A stretch of 64,000 nt of DNA, taken from contig JBAQNH010000002.1 of assembly GCA_049303575.1 (NCBI GenBank), forward strand, positions 636,541 through 700,540. Direction: 5' to 3'. This DNA is from Microgenomates group bacterium (lineage in GTDB: Bacteria > Patescibacteriota > Microgenomatia > UBA1400 > MFAQ01). Both the position numbers and the translations under genes were made by a program. This document shows, one piece after another, positions 29,346 to 38,688 of this stretch. Each line of letters begins with the position of its first letter. Positions within the stretch are counted from its first letter, which is position 1. Under the pieces are notes generated by a model. That model ran no database searches and was not told where the DNA came from. It saw only the letters and a program-made list of their open reading frames with translations.

Positions 29346-29741
29346 ATGACCAAACTAACTCCTGTTCAAATATCAAATAAGTTTTTCTTGGAAAACAATC
29401 TGGCTAAAGAGCCGACCCTCGATGATCTCACTCGTGTTTTTATCATCGCTGCAAAAAAATATATCAACAGGGAAATCGATAGTTATTCCTTTTCCGCTAT
29501 TTCCGAAACCATTTACAGTGATTTTACGCACACCGTTGATATCTGGTCCTCGGACTTGGGAAATATAGTGGAAGAAGCCACGGAGCTAAATTTCTATATA
29601 GGAAATCTTTCCATCTGCGCCAACCCCCAAACTCCTGACCATCAAAAAGCACTCGACCATTCAATAGCTGTCATTAGAAGAACAGAAGACTACATTAAAC
29701 GGTTTCTCGATCGTAAGGTTGAAAGTAATAATAATCCTTAG
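29346..29741 (+). CDS. hypothetical 131-aa protein
   Basis: ORF only; no evident SD. Confidence 0.35.
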   Translation: MTKLTPVQISNKFFLENNLAKEPTLDDLTRVFIIAAKKYINREIDSYSFSAISETIYSDFTHTVDIWSSDLGNIVEEATELNFYIGNLSICANPQTPDHQKALDHSIAVIRRTEDYIKRFLDRKVESNNNP

Positions 29742-29783
29742 GGCACAAAAAACCGAGAGTAATTAATACTCTCGGTAATCATC

Positions 29784-29815
29784 TTGACTAGCACCAAACC
29801 TTGCCTGCTAGTCAA
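29784..29815. promoter_or_regulatory. perfect 10-bp inverted repeat TTGACTAGCA-N12-TGCTAGTCAA (operator-like) overlapping a -35-like TTGACT
   Basis: exact reverse-complement half-sites, 54 bp upstream of the ATG at 29869. Confidence 0.4.
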
Positions 29816-29868
29816 AATTTCAAGGTTCGATTGTGCCTATTCTAACACTTTAGTGCTAAAATATTGCA

Positions 29869-30255
29869 ATGAGATTAACTCAAGCTGAAAAACAAGCTGT
29901 TTTTGATCAAGCTCTTAGTGATAAAAAAGCTTTTGGGGTCGACTGGAACTTCGATGCCGAAGATGTCGCCTTCAACATTAAACAGATTGTCCCCCGTCTC
30001 GACATTAATGGTGCCAGACCAAAACAAATAAACGGAGACTGGATTGAAACCGTAACAATTGAAGGAAAAGACTATCAATTTGATCTGGACTCCGAGACCA
30101 AACCTCTCGAAATCGTCGGTAAGGCCAACTTACACCTCAAACCAACCGGCCAAACACTCGTCCTCTTTGACTCCAAAGATGATGAATACTGCTTCATCCT
30201 CATCAATCTCTCCAAACTTCCCGAGTACCTCGAAAAAGGCTTTCTTGAAGTCTAA
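29869..30255 (+). CDS. hypothetical 128-aa protein
   Basis: ORF preceded by TGcTAAAAT extended -10. Confidence 0.4.
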   Translation: MRLTQAEKQAVFDQALSDKKAFGVDWNFDAEDVAFNIKQIVPRLDINGARPKQINGDWIETVTIEGKDYQFDLDSETKPLEIVGKANLHLKPTGQTLVLFDSKDDEYCFILINLSKLPEYLEKGFLEV

Positions 30256-30260
30256 CCAAT

Positions 30261-30285
30261 AAAAAACCCCACCTAAAAGGTGGGG
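30261..30285 (-). terminator. hairpin terminator (T run on minus strand)
   Basis: ccccacc-taaaa-ggtgggg with an A6 run on plus, so a U tract on the minus strand. Confidence 0.6.
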
Positions 30286-30294
30286 TAAACCTAC

Positions 30295-30609
30295 TCAAGC
30301 AAAACATTCCACAATCTTCAGCGCCGCGATTAAATCACCCCGGAAGACGGTCGCTTTGTCGTCGTCCTGTTCAGAGAACTTAACCGTAATAATTACCATC
30401 AGCGCTCCATAGGTAGTCCGATACATCGGTTCAATCAAAAACTTGTCCGTTTCCCACTCATCCTTCGACCGGGACTCCAAAACCTCCAATAACTTATTGG
30501 TATCAATCCGAAAAGTGTGCTCAACCCCCACGGAAAAGCGAACACATAACTCGTTTTTTCCCACGTAAACGATTCCACCCAAGTCATTATTCATAAACAC
30601 TGGTAACAT
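30295..30609 (-). CDS. hypothetical 104-aa protein
   Basis: ORF with terminator. Confidence 0.4.
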   Translation of the reverse strand: MLPVFMNNDLGGIVYVGKNELCVRFSVGVEHTFRIDTNKLLEVLESRSKDEWETDKFLIEPMYRTTYGALMVIITVKFSEQDDDKATVFRGDLIAALKIVECFA

Positions 30610-30642
30610 TTTCCACCTCCCAATTTCAATGTGATTTTCTAC

Positions 30643-30912
30643 TCAGGATTCTACCACTTTTTTATTCAAAATCCCCATCAACCTCATTTTTTCACCCTTG
30701 CTCATCTTTTTAATCTCCATCTCTCTTTTTAATGCCTCGCTTCTTCCCTGCGCTTTTTCGCTGTAACGCAACCGAACAGGTCCTCTCCCTTTGGTATATT
30801 TTGCCCCCTTACCTTCATTGTGCGCTGCCACACGATTTTGAATATCACCCGTTATCCCTGTATAAAACGTTCCGTCACGACACTCCAGAATGTATACCAA
30901 CCAGTCTTTCAT
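30643..30912 (-). CDS. GIY-YIG nuclease-domain protein (UPF0213/YhbQ-like)
   Basis: VYILECRDGTFYTGITGDIQNRVAAHNEG GIY-YIG core. Confidence 0.8.
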   Translation of the reverse strand: MKDWLVYILECRDGTFYTGITGDIQNRVAAHNEGKGAKYTKGRGPVRLRYSEKAQGRSEALKREMEIKKMSKGEKMRLMGILNKKVVES

Positions 30913-31463
30913 TTTGTCACGATCTTCAACCTAGGTGCCGACAACGTTATTACCCCATTGGTTGTTTTCCCTTCAATATAATACTGATTTTGTCCTCTCC
31001 AGATAGACATCGCCTTGGAATAAAAACTCTTTTTTCCATCACTACTCGAAACATACTCACTAAAATCTACCGCCCGATGATTGGTCGAGTCATAAAGTCG
31101 AACTGCCCCTGCTCCTTGCAACCATCCTTGCCAAGAAACTTCTACCGTTTTCCCATACAAAGAAGTGTCTAAAGTAAAGTCCGTTCCCGAAATCTTTGTC
31201 CAATCAAAACTGCCTATCTCTCCACCCAATAGAGATACAAAAGACTCTTTTGTCTTACTCGTACTTTTAGAAGAAATCAGACCGGCATTTTTTTCCAAAG
31301 AATAAACCCTATTTTCTAAAGAAGTCACCCTTTCCTCCATTGTTCTTGTCGTCGTCAAGGCCAACACATTCTCATTTCCTTTCGTCACTACATCCCAAAC
31401 TTTCCATCCGGCCAGGCCGAACACGATAAATAGCGCCACCACGTAAGGTCTTTTTAGAGCCAT
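30909..31463 (-). CDS. hypothetical membrane-anchored protein
   Basis: N-terminal TM helix and coiled-coil. Confidence 0.45.
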   Translation of the reverse strand: MALKRPYVVALFIVFGLAGWKVWDVVTKGNENVLALTTTRTMEERVTSLENRVYSLEKNAGLISSKSTSKTKESFVSLLGGEIGSFDWTKISGTDFTLDTSLYGKTVEVSWQGWLQGAGAVRLYDSTNHRAVDFSEYVSSSDGKKSFYSKAMSIWRGQNQYYIEGKTTNGVITLSAPRLKIVTK

Positions 31464-31480
31464 AAATCAGTCTAACATAA

Positions 31481-32896
31481 TCAAATCTTCTCTACCTTTG
31501 CTCCCTCCGCATAATCTTCGACTTTGTATCCCCTATCCTCAATTTCTTTACGCAAAGCATCCGACTGCTCCCAATTTTTTGCTTTTCGAAACTCTTCTCT
31601 CTTGGTCAAAATTTCCCTTATCTCCTCAGGAACTCCCACATTTTTATCTTCTTCGGTTCCCAAGTTTAAACCTAAAACAGAGTCCATAACGACAATTAGA
31701 TTCTTCTTTGCTGCATCCGATATTCCACTCTTCATCATTTCCCAAACGATAGAAAGTGCCGCTGATGTATTTAGGTCATCTTCCATCGCTTCCACAAATT
31801 TTTTGTAATACTCGCCCCCCTCAGGGGACCATCCTTCGGCGGTTACCGGGATATCGGCCAAATCGATCACCATCTTATTTAATTTTGTCAAAGCTGTTTT
31901 TGCTCCATTTAGGCCTTCCCAGGTAAAGTTCATCTGCTTGCGATAGTGTGTCGTCAAAAAGTAGTAACGCAGTGCCAATGGTGAAAAACCTTTTTCCGCC
32001 AAGTCCGTCAATTTATACAAATTTCCCAAACTCTTACTCATCTTCTTACCATCAACCATCAAAAAAGCGGTATGCATCCAGTATTTTACAAACGGTTTTT
32101 TACCCGTTGCGGCCTCACTCTGAGCAATCTCATTTGGATGATGAATTGAAAGATGATCTTCTCCGCCGGTGTGAACATCAAACTGTTCTCCCAAATATTT
32201 CATACTCATCGCCGAACACTCAATATGCCACCCTGGAAACCCGTCTCCCCAAGGACTCTCCCAGTGCATTACGTGATTGGCAAATCTTCCCACTCTTTTA
32301 AACCACAAGACAAAGTCTGCCGGATGTTTCTTGTGTTCCCCGGTCTCCACTTCTTCACGAGCACCAACAGTTCTGTCATCAAATGACTGATTGAACATCT
32401 TGCCGTAATCTGCAAATTTAGTTACATCAAAATAAACGGCCTCAGGTGTGTCATATCCATACCCATTTGCCAAAATTCTCTCAATCAGAGCAATTTGTTC
32501 CGGTATGTGTTCGGTCGCCTTACACACCACCGTCGGGGGCAAAACGTTCAGTTGCTCCATCACTCTATTGAAATACTCAGTAAACTCCTCCGCTACCTCC
32601 CAAACGGTCTTACCCATCTTTGCCGCCCCTTTCTCCATCTTGTCTTCGCCGCTGTCGGAGTCTGATGTCAGGTGTCCCACGTCCGTCACGTTCTGTACAT
32701 GAGTTACCTTCAACTCTTCCAGAACTTCCAACACTCGTCTCAAAATATCGTCATGAACATATTTAATACCGTGTCCGATATGAGTAAAACCATAAACCGT
32801 CGGACCACAAGCATACATCCCCACCTGTCCTTTATGGATAGGCTCGAACTCCTCGACCTTTTTTGTCAGACTGTTATAGAGATGCAACATATCCAA
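31481..32896 (-). CDS. cysS: cysteinyl-tRNA synthetase
   Basis: HIGHG and KMSKS class-I motifs. Confidence 0.9.
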   Translation of the reverse strand: MDMLHLYNSLTKKVEEFEPIHKGQVGMYACGPTVYGFTHIGHGIKYVHDDILRRVLEVLEELKVTHVQNVTDVGHLTSDSDSGEDKMEKGAAKMGKTVWEVAEEFTEYFNRVMEQLNVLPPTVVCKATEHIPEQIALIERILANGYGYDTPEAVYFDVTKFADYGKMFNQSFDDRTVGAREEVETGEHKKHPADFVLWFKRVGRFANHVMHWESPWGDGFPGWHIECSAMSMKYLGEQFDVHTGGEDHLSIHHPNEIAQSEAATGKKPFVKYWMHTAFLMVDGKKMSKSLGNLYKLTDLAEKGFSPLALRYYFLTTHYRKQMNFTWEGLNGAKTALTKLNKMVIDLADIPVTAEGWSPEGGEYYKKFVEAMEDDLNTSAALSIVWEMMKSGISDAAKKNLIVVMDSVLGLNLGTEEDKNVGVPEEIREILTKREEFRKAKNWEQSDALRKEIEDRGYKVEDYAEGAKVEKI

Positions 32897-32923
32897 ATTG
32901 TACCGTAATAAAGCAGCAAATGC

Positions 32924-33358
32924 CTACTCCGCCATTCTTCCTTTTTCGGTTGTCGTCTGTGACCTGTTTATTATTCTTTTTATCCAAGACTCTTGCTCCA
33001 TTTTTTTCTGTTCATTCTTTTCCGTTTCTTGGCGGTTCTCCATCATTTTTTCTTCCGCAATCTTCTGATCCAACACTCGTTTCCTTTGAATATATCGGGA
33101 CAGCTCGTCTTTTACCTGTTCGAATCGCCTTTTTTCAGTCTCCTTCATTTCCCTCCCGACCCTATTTCTTTCGACACCCTTATTTTGCTCTGTCGTCGGC
33201 ATGGCTGGAACAGGAGATGATGAAATCTGTTCTATTGACTCGTGAGCAATATCTGCCACCGCTCCTACCGTCCCCTTTACGGCACTTTGACCAATTTCGA
33301 ATAAATTGTCGGCCACGTTTTGGCCAACTTGACCTAATACACCGGGCATTACCTTCAT
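32924..33358 (-). CDS. hypothetical K/E-rich coiled-coil protein
   Basis: ORF only. Confidence 0.4.
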   Translation of the reverse strand: MKVMPGVLGQVGQNVADNLFEIGQSAVKGTVGAVADIAHESIEQISSSPVPAMPTTEQNKGVERNRVGREMKETEKRRFEQVKDELSRYIQRKRVLDQKIAEEKMMENRQETEKNEQKKMEQESWIKRIINRSQTTTEKGRMAE

Positions 33359-33362
33359 TTAA

Positions 33363-33388
33363 TCACAAAAAGCCCCCTCTTCGGGGGC
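33363..33388 (-). terminator. rho-independent terminator (minus strand)
   Basis: gccccc-tcttc-gggggc followed by TTTTTGTG on the minus strand. Confidence 0.6.
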
Positions 33389-33400
33389 AATATCAGTCTC

Positions 33401-33619
33401 TCAGTCTGCTTCTAAATAAAACGATGGTCCCAAGCCGTCCTGGAGACCTTTGAAATATCCCTTCCAATAATCAAAATTCATACCCGGAGTTACTTCAAAC
33501 AACTTCTCGCCGATCAAACAGGTAATCGTCACTCTTTCTCGAGAAACTTTCTCAAAAACTCTTTTGCAGTAGTCTTCAATTCGTTCGCCATCATTCCTCT
33601 GCACTATAACCATTCCCAT
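33401..33619 (-). CDS. hypothetical 72-aa protein
   Basis: ORF with downstream terminator. Confidence 0.4.
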   Translation of the reverse strand: MGMVIVQRNDGERIEDYCKRVFEKVSRERVTITCLIGEKLFEVTPGMNFDYWKGYFKGLQDGLGPSFYLEAD

Positions 33620-33655
33620 TTTTCCTCCTTTAAGGTTCTGTTGTCCGTTATTTTA

Positions 33656-34264
33656 CTACATCTCGCTTCTACCCTCTAAAGCTCGAAGAAGTGTCTGGCC
33701 ATCTGCGTATTCTACGTCTGCTCCGGTCGGTAAACCCCTCCCTATTCTCGTGATTTTCATCCCTTTCCCGAGCTCCATATCCTTTATTTTTGACGTAATA
33801 TACATCGCCGTCGCTTCGCCTTCCATGTTTGGATTGGTGGCAATCACCATTTCTTTTATTTCTCCCGTCTTAACTCTCGCCAGTAGTTGTGGAATCCGTA
33901 AATCATTTGGTCCGATATTTGCCAAAGGATTAATTACTCCTCCCAGTACGTGATACACCCCTTTATAACCATCGGCTCTCTCAAAAGCCAAAAGGTCAAG
34001 AGCATTCTCCACCACACACACCTGAGATCTGTCTCTATTCTCGTCCTGACATACCGGACAAAACTCCTCTTCGCCCACATTAAAACACAAAGCACAAAGC
34101 TTAGTGTTCCTTTTGAGACTTTCTAAAGCTTCACCAAACTTAGTTAACTTTTCCTGGGGTACATTTAAAAGATAGTACGCCAACCTCGCCGCCGACTTCG
34201 GTCCCACCCCTGGCAAAGACTCAAACGCGTCAATCACTTTCTGAACCGGCCGGATACTTCTCAT
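33656..34264 (-). CDS. recR: recombination protein RecR
   Basis: C4 zinc finger (CALC...CPVC) and Toprim domain. Confidence 0.9.
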   Translation of the reverse strand: MRSIRPVQKVIDAFESLPGVGPKSAARLAYYLLNVPQEKLTKFGEALESLKRNTKLCALCFNVGEEEFCPVCQDENRDRSQVCVVENALDLLAFERADGYKGVYHVLGGVINPLANIGPNDLRIPQLLARVKTGEIKEMVIATNPNMEGEATAMYITSKIKDMELGKGMKITRIGRGLPTGADVEYADGQTLLRALEGRSEM

Positions 34265-34271
34265 ATATCAA

Positions 34272-34565
34272 TTACATCCCTTTCGGCATGTTTGCGAGTA
34301 CCTTAGAAAGATCTCCCATTGAGTCCTTCATTTCTTCAGCCGAGTACTTCTGAGCCTTGGTAATAGCCTCATTAATCACTTTGACTGCCTTATTCATATT
34401 CTCGTCATCAATGAATAATTCTTTCAGCTTTCCGTCACCCGTAACGATCGCTTTAACACCATCTTCTTCAACCTCTGTTTTATGAGACTGAATCTTCTTT
34501 TGTAGTATGGCCAGTTTTGCAATAGCGGCACCCTGTGAACCAAATTGTTTTATTCCGTTGAACAT
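34272..34565 (-). CDS. ybaB: nucleoid-associated protein YbaB/EbfC
   Basis: conserved YbaB fold; dnaX-ybaB-recR synteny. Confidence 0.8.
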   Translation of the reverse strand: MFNGIKQFGSQGAAIAKLAILQKKIQSHKTEVEEDGVKAIVTGDGKLKELFIDDENMNKAVKVINEAITKAQKYSAEEMKDSMGDLSKVLANMPKGM

Positions 34566-34609
34566 TTTTGAAAAATATATTAATAACTTTTCTCAAAACC
34601 TATTGTATA

Positions 34610-36151
34610 TCATCCTCCGAAAATCTTTTCCGCCGCCCCAATTATTCCTTTATCTTCAGCCGTATCCTTATTTACCGGTTCAACATTTACATCCTGCAGT
34701 TCAGGTTCCGTTCTGGATGGCCCTTTTTCTCCGAGAACACACTTGAAAGTCATTGGTCCCCAAATCTTAGTCATCTGTTCTTCAATCAATTTCTTTTTAA
34801 CATCCCGCTCCAACATATCTTGCTGGAATCGTGAAGTGACCGACAAAGTTAGAGACTTCCCCCTAACATCTACTGGCGACACTAGTCGTAACATTCCGGC
34901 CAATGATCCATAACTGGCAGACATCACGTTTATAAAGTCCATCCATTCCGTTTTTATTTTTTCAATATTGGCCAAAGGACCATCATAATTCTGCACAACT
35001 AGGTTATCCTTACTTTCCGAATCTTCCCCGTGTATAGCACTATCTGCACTTACAGATTTTATCTCGTCCTTCTTTTCCTCTTGCCGGGCAGGCGCCTCAA
35101 CTTTTGGGACGCTCGCCCCTCCACCGCTGTCATCGATTGCTAAAGTTAACAAGGCAATTTCCAAAGGCAATAGCGGCAATGGAGACACCTTTATCTTGTC
35201 GGTAGCCTCAATTAGTTCATTTACCAACTTTATTTCATCATTAATGGCAGAACCCCTCTCCAAGTTATTTTCCAGCATAAACCTTACCTCTGTCAGTAGC
35301 GATGTTGCCAACACCGAAGCCTTTATCCCCGCTTTTTCCATCTCTCCAAATATTTTTACAATCTTAGCGGACTCCCTATTTTTAGCGGCCTCCAATAACT
35401 TCTTTATCGATTGTCGTCCGACAATTCCCAAGACTTGTAAAACCAAAACCGAGTCTATCGTCTTTCCATACGCCGCTACTTGTTCCAAAAATTTATGCCC
35501 CTCGCGGAAACTGCCATCAGTTGCTTCGGCAATCTCTTGCAGTGCTTCCTCATCGATGTCGAGAGCTTCTCCCTTGACCGCTTTCATCAACGATCCCACT
35601 ATTTCTTTGTTGGTTGCCTTCGTAAAATTCACCCTGGCACAGCGACTAATGATCGTCTCTGGCACCTTCTGGGCTTCTGTTGTACAAAGGATAAAAATTG
35701 CGTGCTTGGGGGGTTCTTCCAGGGTCTTCAAAAGAGCGTTAAAACCGGCCGTTGACACCATATGTACCTCATCGATGATGTAAACCTTTTTAGGAAGCTG
35801 CACGGGGGCCAGACGCACCTTTTCGCGTAGGTCGCGAATGTCATCCACCAAACCACTGGAGGCGGCGTCAATTTCAATTACATCCACACTATTACCGGCG
35901 ATCAAGCTCTCGCAGGCGTCACACTTACCACATGGCTCCTCAAGACCGTCTTTCTTGCCCTGATTCTTCTCACAATTCACTACCTGAGCAAGGATTCTAG
36001 CCGCACTGGTTTTTCCCGATCCCCGAGGGCCCACAAACAAATATGCGTGGGATATCTTGCCACTCTTTAAACTCGACTCCAAAGACTCCCGAACAGACAC
36101 TAGGTCCAACTCGCCGATTTTCTTTGGTCGATATTTTTGATAAAAACTCAC
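34610..36151 (-). CDS. dnaX: DNA polymerase III subunit gamma/tau
   Basis: YQKYRPKKIGEL...LFVGPRGSGKTSAARILAQ AAA+ clamp-loader motifs. Confidence 0.9.
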   Translation of the reverse strand: MSFYQKYRPKKIGELDLVSVRESLESSLKSGKISHAYLFVGPRGSGKTSAARILAQVVNCEKNQGKKDGLEEPCGKCDACESLIAGNSVDVIEIDAASSGLVDDIRDLREKVRLAPVQLPKKVYIIDEVHMVSTAGFNALLKTLEEPPKHAIFILCTTEAQKVPETIISRCARVNFTKATNKEIVGSLMKAVKGEALDIDEEALQEIAEATDGSFREGHKFLEQVAAYGKTIDSVLVLQVLGIVGRQSIKKLLEAAKNRESAKIVKIFGEMEKAGIKASVLATSLLTEVRFMLENNLERGSAINDEIKLVNELIEATDKIKVSPLPLLPLEIALLTLAIDDSGGGASVPKVEAPARQEEKKDEIKSVSADSAIHGEDSESKDNLVVQNYDGPLANIEKIKTEWMDFINVMSASYGSLAGMLRLVSPVDVRGKSLTLSVTSRFQQDMLERDVKKKLIEEQMTKIWGPMTFKCVLGEKGPSRTEPELQDVNVEPVNKDTAEDKGIIGAAEKIFGG

Positions 36152-36328
36152 ACTAACAACTTATGTTGTCCCCCTCACTCGTGTCAACTACTAATAACCC
36201 TATCACAACCACTCAGTTTTTCCTTGCACTATATCAATTTTCTTTTTCCAATGCCCTCTCGAAAATCGTCAAAACTTACTCAATACAAGAAATTAGTTCA
36301 TCCCCATCGCTTTAAACCTCATTTTTAC

Positions 36329-36355
36329 CAAAAAAATACCCGGGATAACCCGGGT
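36329..36355 (-). terminator. rho-independent terminator (minus strand)
   Basis: acccggg-ataa-cccgggt with an A7 run on plus, so a U tract on the minus strand. Confidence 0.65.
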
Positions 36356-36363
36356 AACCTCTA

Positions 36364-36744
36364 TTATTTTCCATTTGGTGTATGAATACTAATCAAATAC
36401 CAATCGCCTTCATAATTGGTGATCAGAATTTCTTTGCCGTCCTTAACTTCAATGTCCAAAACCCCTTTCCAGTCAGACATCGACACCAGTAAGTCATCCG
36501 TACCTTCAACGACAAAAACCAAGTACTCCTTTCGATGATCCTTCTCCCCCCTCATCTCCAAACGAATTGGACTCAGAAGATTTTGGTTGAGTTTCTGATC
36601 AGTTACCGTACTTGAAGCACCGTCTTTCGCTAGTTTGTATTTAAAATCAAACAGGCGACCTGAGAGCAACTCGGTTAATTTTTTAATCGGAGTCGACATC
36701 TCGTTTAAACGCAAAATAACCATCTTGTACTTATTAGTTGTCAT
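36364..36744 (-). CDS. hypothetical 126-aa protein
   Basis: ORF with terminator. Confidence 0.45.
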   Translation of the reverse strand: MTTNKYKMVILRLNEMSTPIKKLTELLSGRLFDFKYKLAKDGASSTVTDQKLNQNLLSPIRLEMRGEKDHRKEYLVFVVEGTDDLLVSMSDWKGVLDIEVKDGKEILITNYEGDWYLISIHTPNGK

Positions 36745-36771
36745 TCTTCTCCCTTCCTTTTGGTTTCCGAC

Positions 36772-37113
36772 TCAGTTGATCAAAATAACTTTGACCAGCG
36801 TATCTTTCGCCGACAATCTACGCGAGATGACTATCTGACGTTCAGACTCAAAAACAACCACCGGGTTTTCTTTGACATCAAAGTAAAGATTTCTTCGCGG
36901 ATACAGAGGGATCTTCACCAAGGTACCGGTAACAACCACCGGTCCGCTGCCAACCCACACTTCTTCCAAAACGGTTACATTTCTGTTAAACGCCGAGTGG
37001 CAGTTAACAACGTCAAAGATCCTTCCTTTAAGCATCTCGACAATTCGCTCGGCCACCTTTTTTCCATCTTCAACGTTCAATACTGTGATTTTCTCAGACA
37101 TCTCCACCTCCAT
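36772..37113 (-). CDS. hypothetical protein (start taken at MEVEMSEK)
   Basis: the ORF-track upstream extension overlaps ybeY out of frame, so the start was moved inward. Confidence 0.4.
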   Translation of the reverse strand: MEVEMSEKITVLNVEDGKKVAERIVEMLKGRIFDVVNCHSAFNRNVTVLEEVWVGSGPVVVTGTLVKIPLYPRRNLYFDVKENPVVVFESERQIVISRRLSAKDTLVKVILIN

Positions 37114-37174
37114 GGAAAATAATATATTAAGGATCTTGAATCGCCCATAGTATATCACAACCCCAAGCCTAACT

Positions 37175-37564
37175 CTAATCGTGATGGATACCCAAAAGGT
37201 GAAGGAGGCCATGACAGGCCAAAAACTCGATTTCTTCGTCGACAATTCTGTTCCACTGGAGTGCCTGTCTTTTTGCCTGAGGATAACAAATGACAATGTC
37301 ACCCAAATTTAGCCCATCAAAGTCATCAGGCATCTCCGCTCCCTCTTCCAGGGGAAAAGATAACACATCGGTCACTTTATCTTCATGAAAATACTTCTTC
37401 TCCAATTCCTTTATTTTTCTCTCCCCCACTACAGACAAAGAAATCTTTACGGTACCCGAAATAACCTCTTGCTCTTCCAAGGTCTTAAGCAACGCCTTCC
37501 TTACCCTACCCCTGTCAAATGAATATCTACTGTCGGCGGTAATATCTAAATCAAGTTTTACCAT
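37175..37564 (-). CDS. ybeY: rRNA maturation endoribonuclease YbeY
   Basis: HGLLHLLGIHHD zinc-binding motif. Confidence 0.85.
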   Translation of the reverse strand: MVKLDLDITADSRYSFDRGRVRKALLKTLEEQEVISGTVKISLSVVGERKIKELEKKYFHEDKVTDVLSFPLEEGAEMPDDFDGLNLGDIVICYPQAKRQALQWNRIVDEEIEFLACHGLLHLLGIHHD

Positions 37565-37565
37565 A

Positions 37566-37997
37566 TTATTGGTACTTGGCCATCACAATCTTGTTTATTA
37601 CTCCCCCATCCGCTTTTCCTTTTAGTTTCCCCATAACGGCTCCCATCAAACGACCTCCGGTAAGTCCGGTTTCTGCCGCAATTTTAGCCACTTCGGCCTC
37701 CACTTCAGACTCTCCCATCATCGTTGGTAAATATTTTTCAATCAGTGCCAGCTCATACTTCTCTTGATCCGCGCGAACCGTTTCACCCACTTTTTCGTAA
37801 ATCTCAATTGAATCCTTACGCTTTTTAGCTTCTTTATTCAAAACACGAATTACTTCCTCATCCGGAAGTTCTCCCTCTTTATAATCGGCTTGGGCATAAC
37901 CAAGCTCAGACAAAAGCAAACGTAAAACTCCCAATAGACGAGCATCTCCTGCCTTTTGGGCAGTTATCGACTCAGACTTTAGCTGTGAGTAAAGCAT
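37566..37997 (-). CDS. GatB/YqeY-domain protein
   Basis: YqeY-like helical domain; conserved neighbour of rpsU. Confidence 0.75.
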   Translation of the reverse strand: MLYSQLKSESITAQKAGDARLLGVLRLLLSELGYAQADYKEGELPDEEVIRVLNKEAKKRKDSIEIYEKVGETVRADQEKYELALIEKYLPTMMGESEVEAEVAKIAAETGLTGGRLMGAVMGKLKGKADGGVINKIVMAKYQ

Positions 37998-38005
37998 TAT
38001 ATAAA

Positions 38006-38230
38006 TTATTTTGTTAACCCAGCCGCGCGTTTGTTACGACGACGAATTCTGGCTGAAGCCTTACGAAGTTCGATCATCTTAATGTTACGTACAGTTGAAG
38101 GTTTTTGGAAACCGGTCATTCCCACAGACTTTACCCTTTCGAGTCCAGAATCCTCATATGTCAATTTTTTGAATTCACTAATGAGTTGTTGTGTAGTTTG
38201 TCCTTGTTTTTTTCTTGCAACGAGTGCCAT
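38006..38230 (-). CDS. rpsU: ribosomal protein S21 (probable)
   Basis: EFKKL...GL...FQKPSTVRN...RRRNKRAAG pattern like S21; rpsU-yqeY linkage. Confidence 0.55.
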   Translation of the reverse strand: MALVARKKQGQTTQQLISEFKKLTYEDSGLERVKSVGMTGFQKPSTVRNIKMIELRKASARIRRRNKRAAGLTK

Positions 38231-38282
38231 AAATAAATGCACCTCTCTTTCTGTTTTTTTTGTTTTAAGTTTTTATTGTCGC

Positions 38283-38630
38283 CTATGTCGCTCCACCTGG
38301 TTCGGTTTTTGTCCCGCCCATGACATGGATATGTTCATGCTCAAAATGGTTGTACCCGGCTCCGTTATTTACCAGTTTGTATCCGGTTTTATCCAGGCCA
38401 AGCAAAGCAACCACCTCAAAAACGACTGGCATTATTTTACCCCAGAACATACCACTTTTGCTAGTCCCAACTTCGGCCTTTTTTATGTGGTGCTTCGGCA
38501 TAACCAGTATGTGCACCGGAGCCACGGGATACTTGTTTTTGATGGCAATAAACTCGGCATTTTCCCAAACTATTTCCGCCGGTTCTTCCTTTTCCCCTAT
38601 CTGACAAAGTAAACAGTCTTTAACTTTCAT
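38283..38630 (-). CDS. HIT-family hydrolase
   Basis: HEHIHVMGG histidine triad. Confidence 0.8.
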   Translation of the reverse strand: MKVKDCLLCQIGEKEEPAEIVWENAEFIAIKNKYPVAPVHILVMPKHHIKKAEVGTSKSGMFWGKIMPVVFEVVALLGLDKTGYKLVNNGAGYNHFEHEHIHVMGGTKTEPGGAT

Positions 38631-38688
38631 AACTTCATCATAAACTATATTTCACAAAGCTTAAAAACCACCGTCTTTCTTAAAGAGA

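Noticed and set aside
29820-29840. T-loop-like GGTTCGATT, suggesting a tRNA
   Set aside because: The flanking sequence cannot form a T-stem or an acceptor stem, so this is not a tRNA.
36152-36363. Possible SRP (4.5S/scRNA) gene upstream of dnaX, as in Bacillus
   Set aside because: Neither strand shows the conserved domain-IV sequence (GGUGCUGUUU ... AGGAAGCAGCC) or a convincing helix; the 3' part is simply the terminator of the neighbouring gene.
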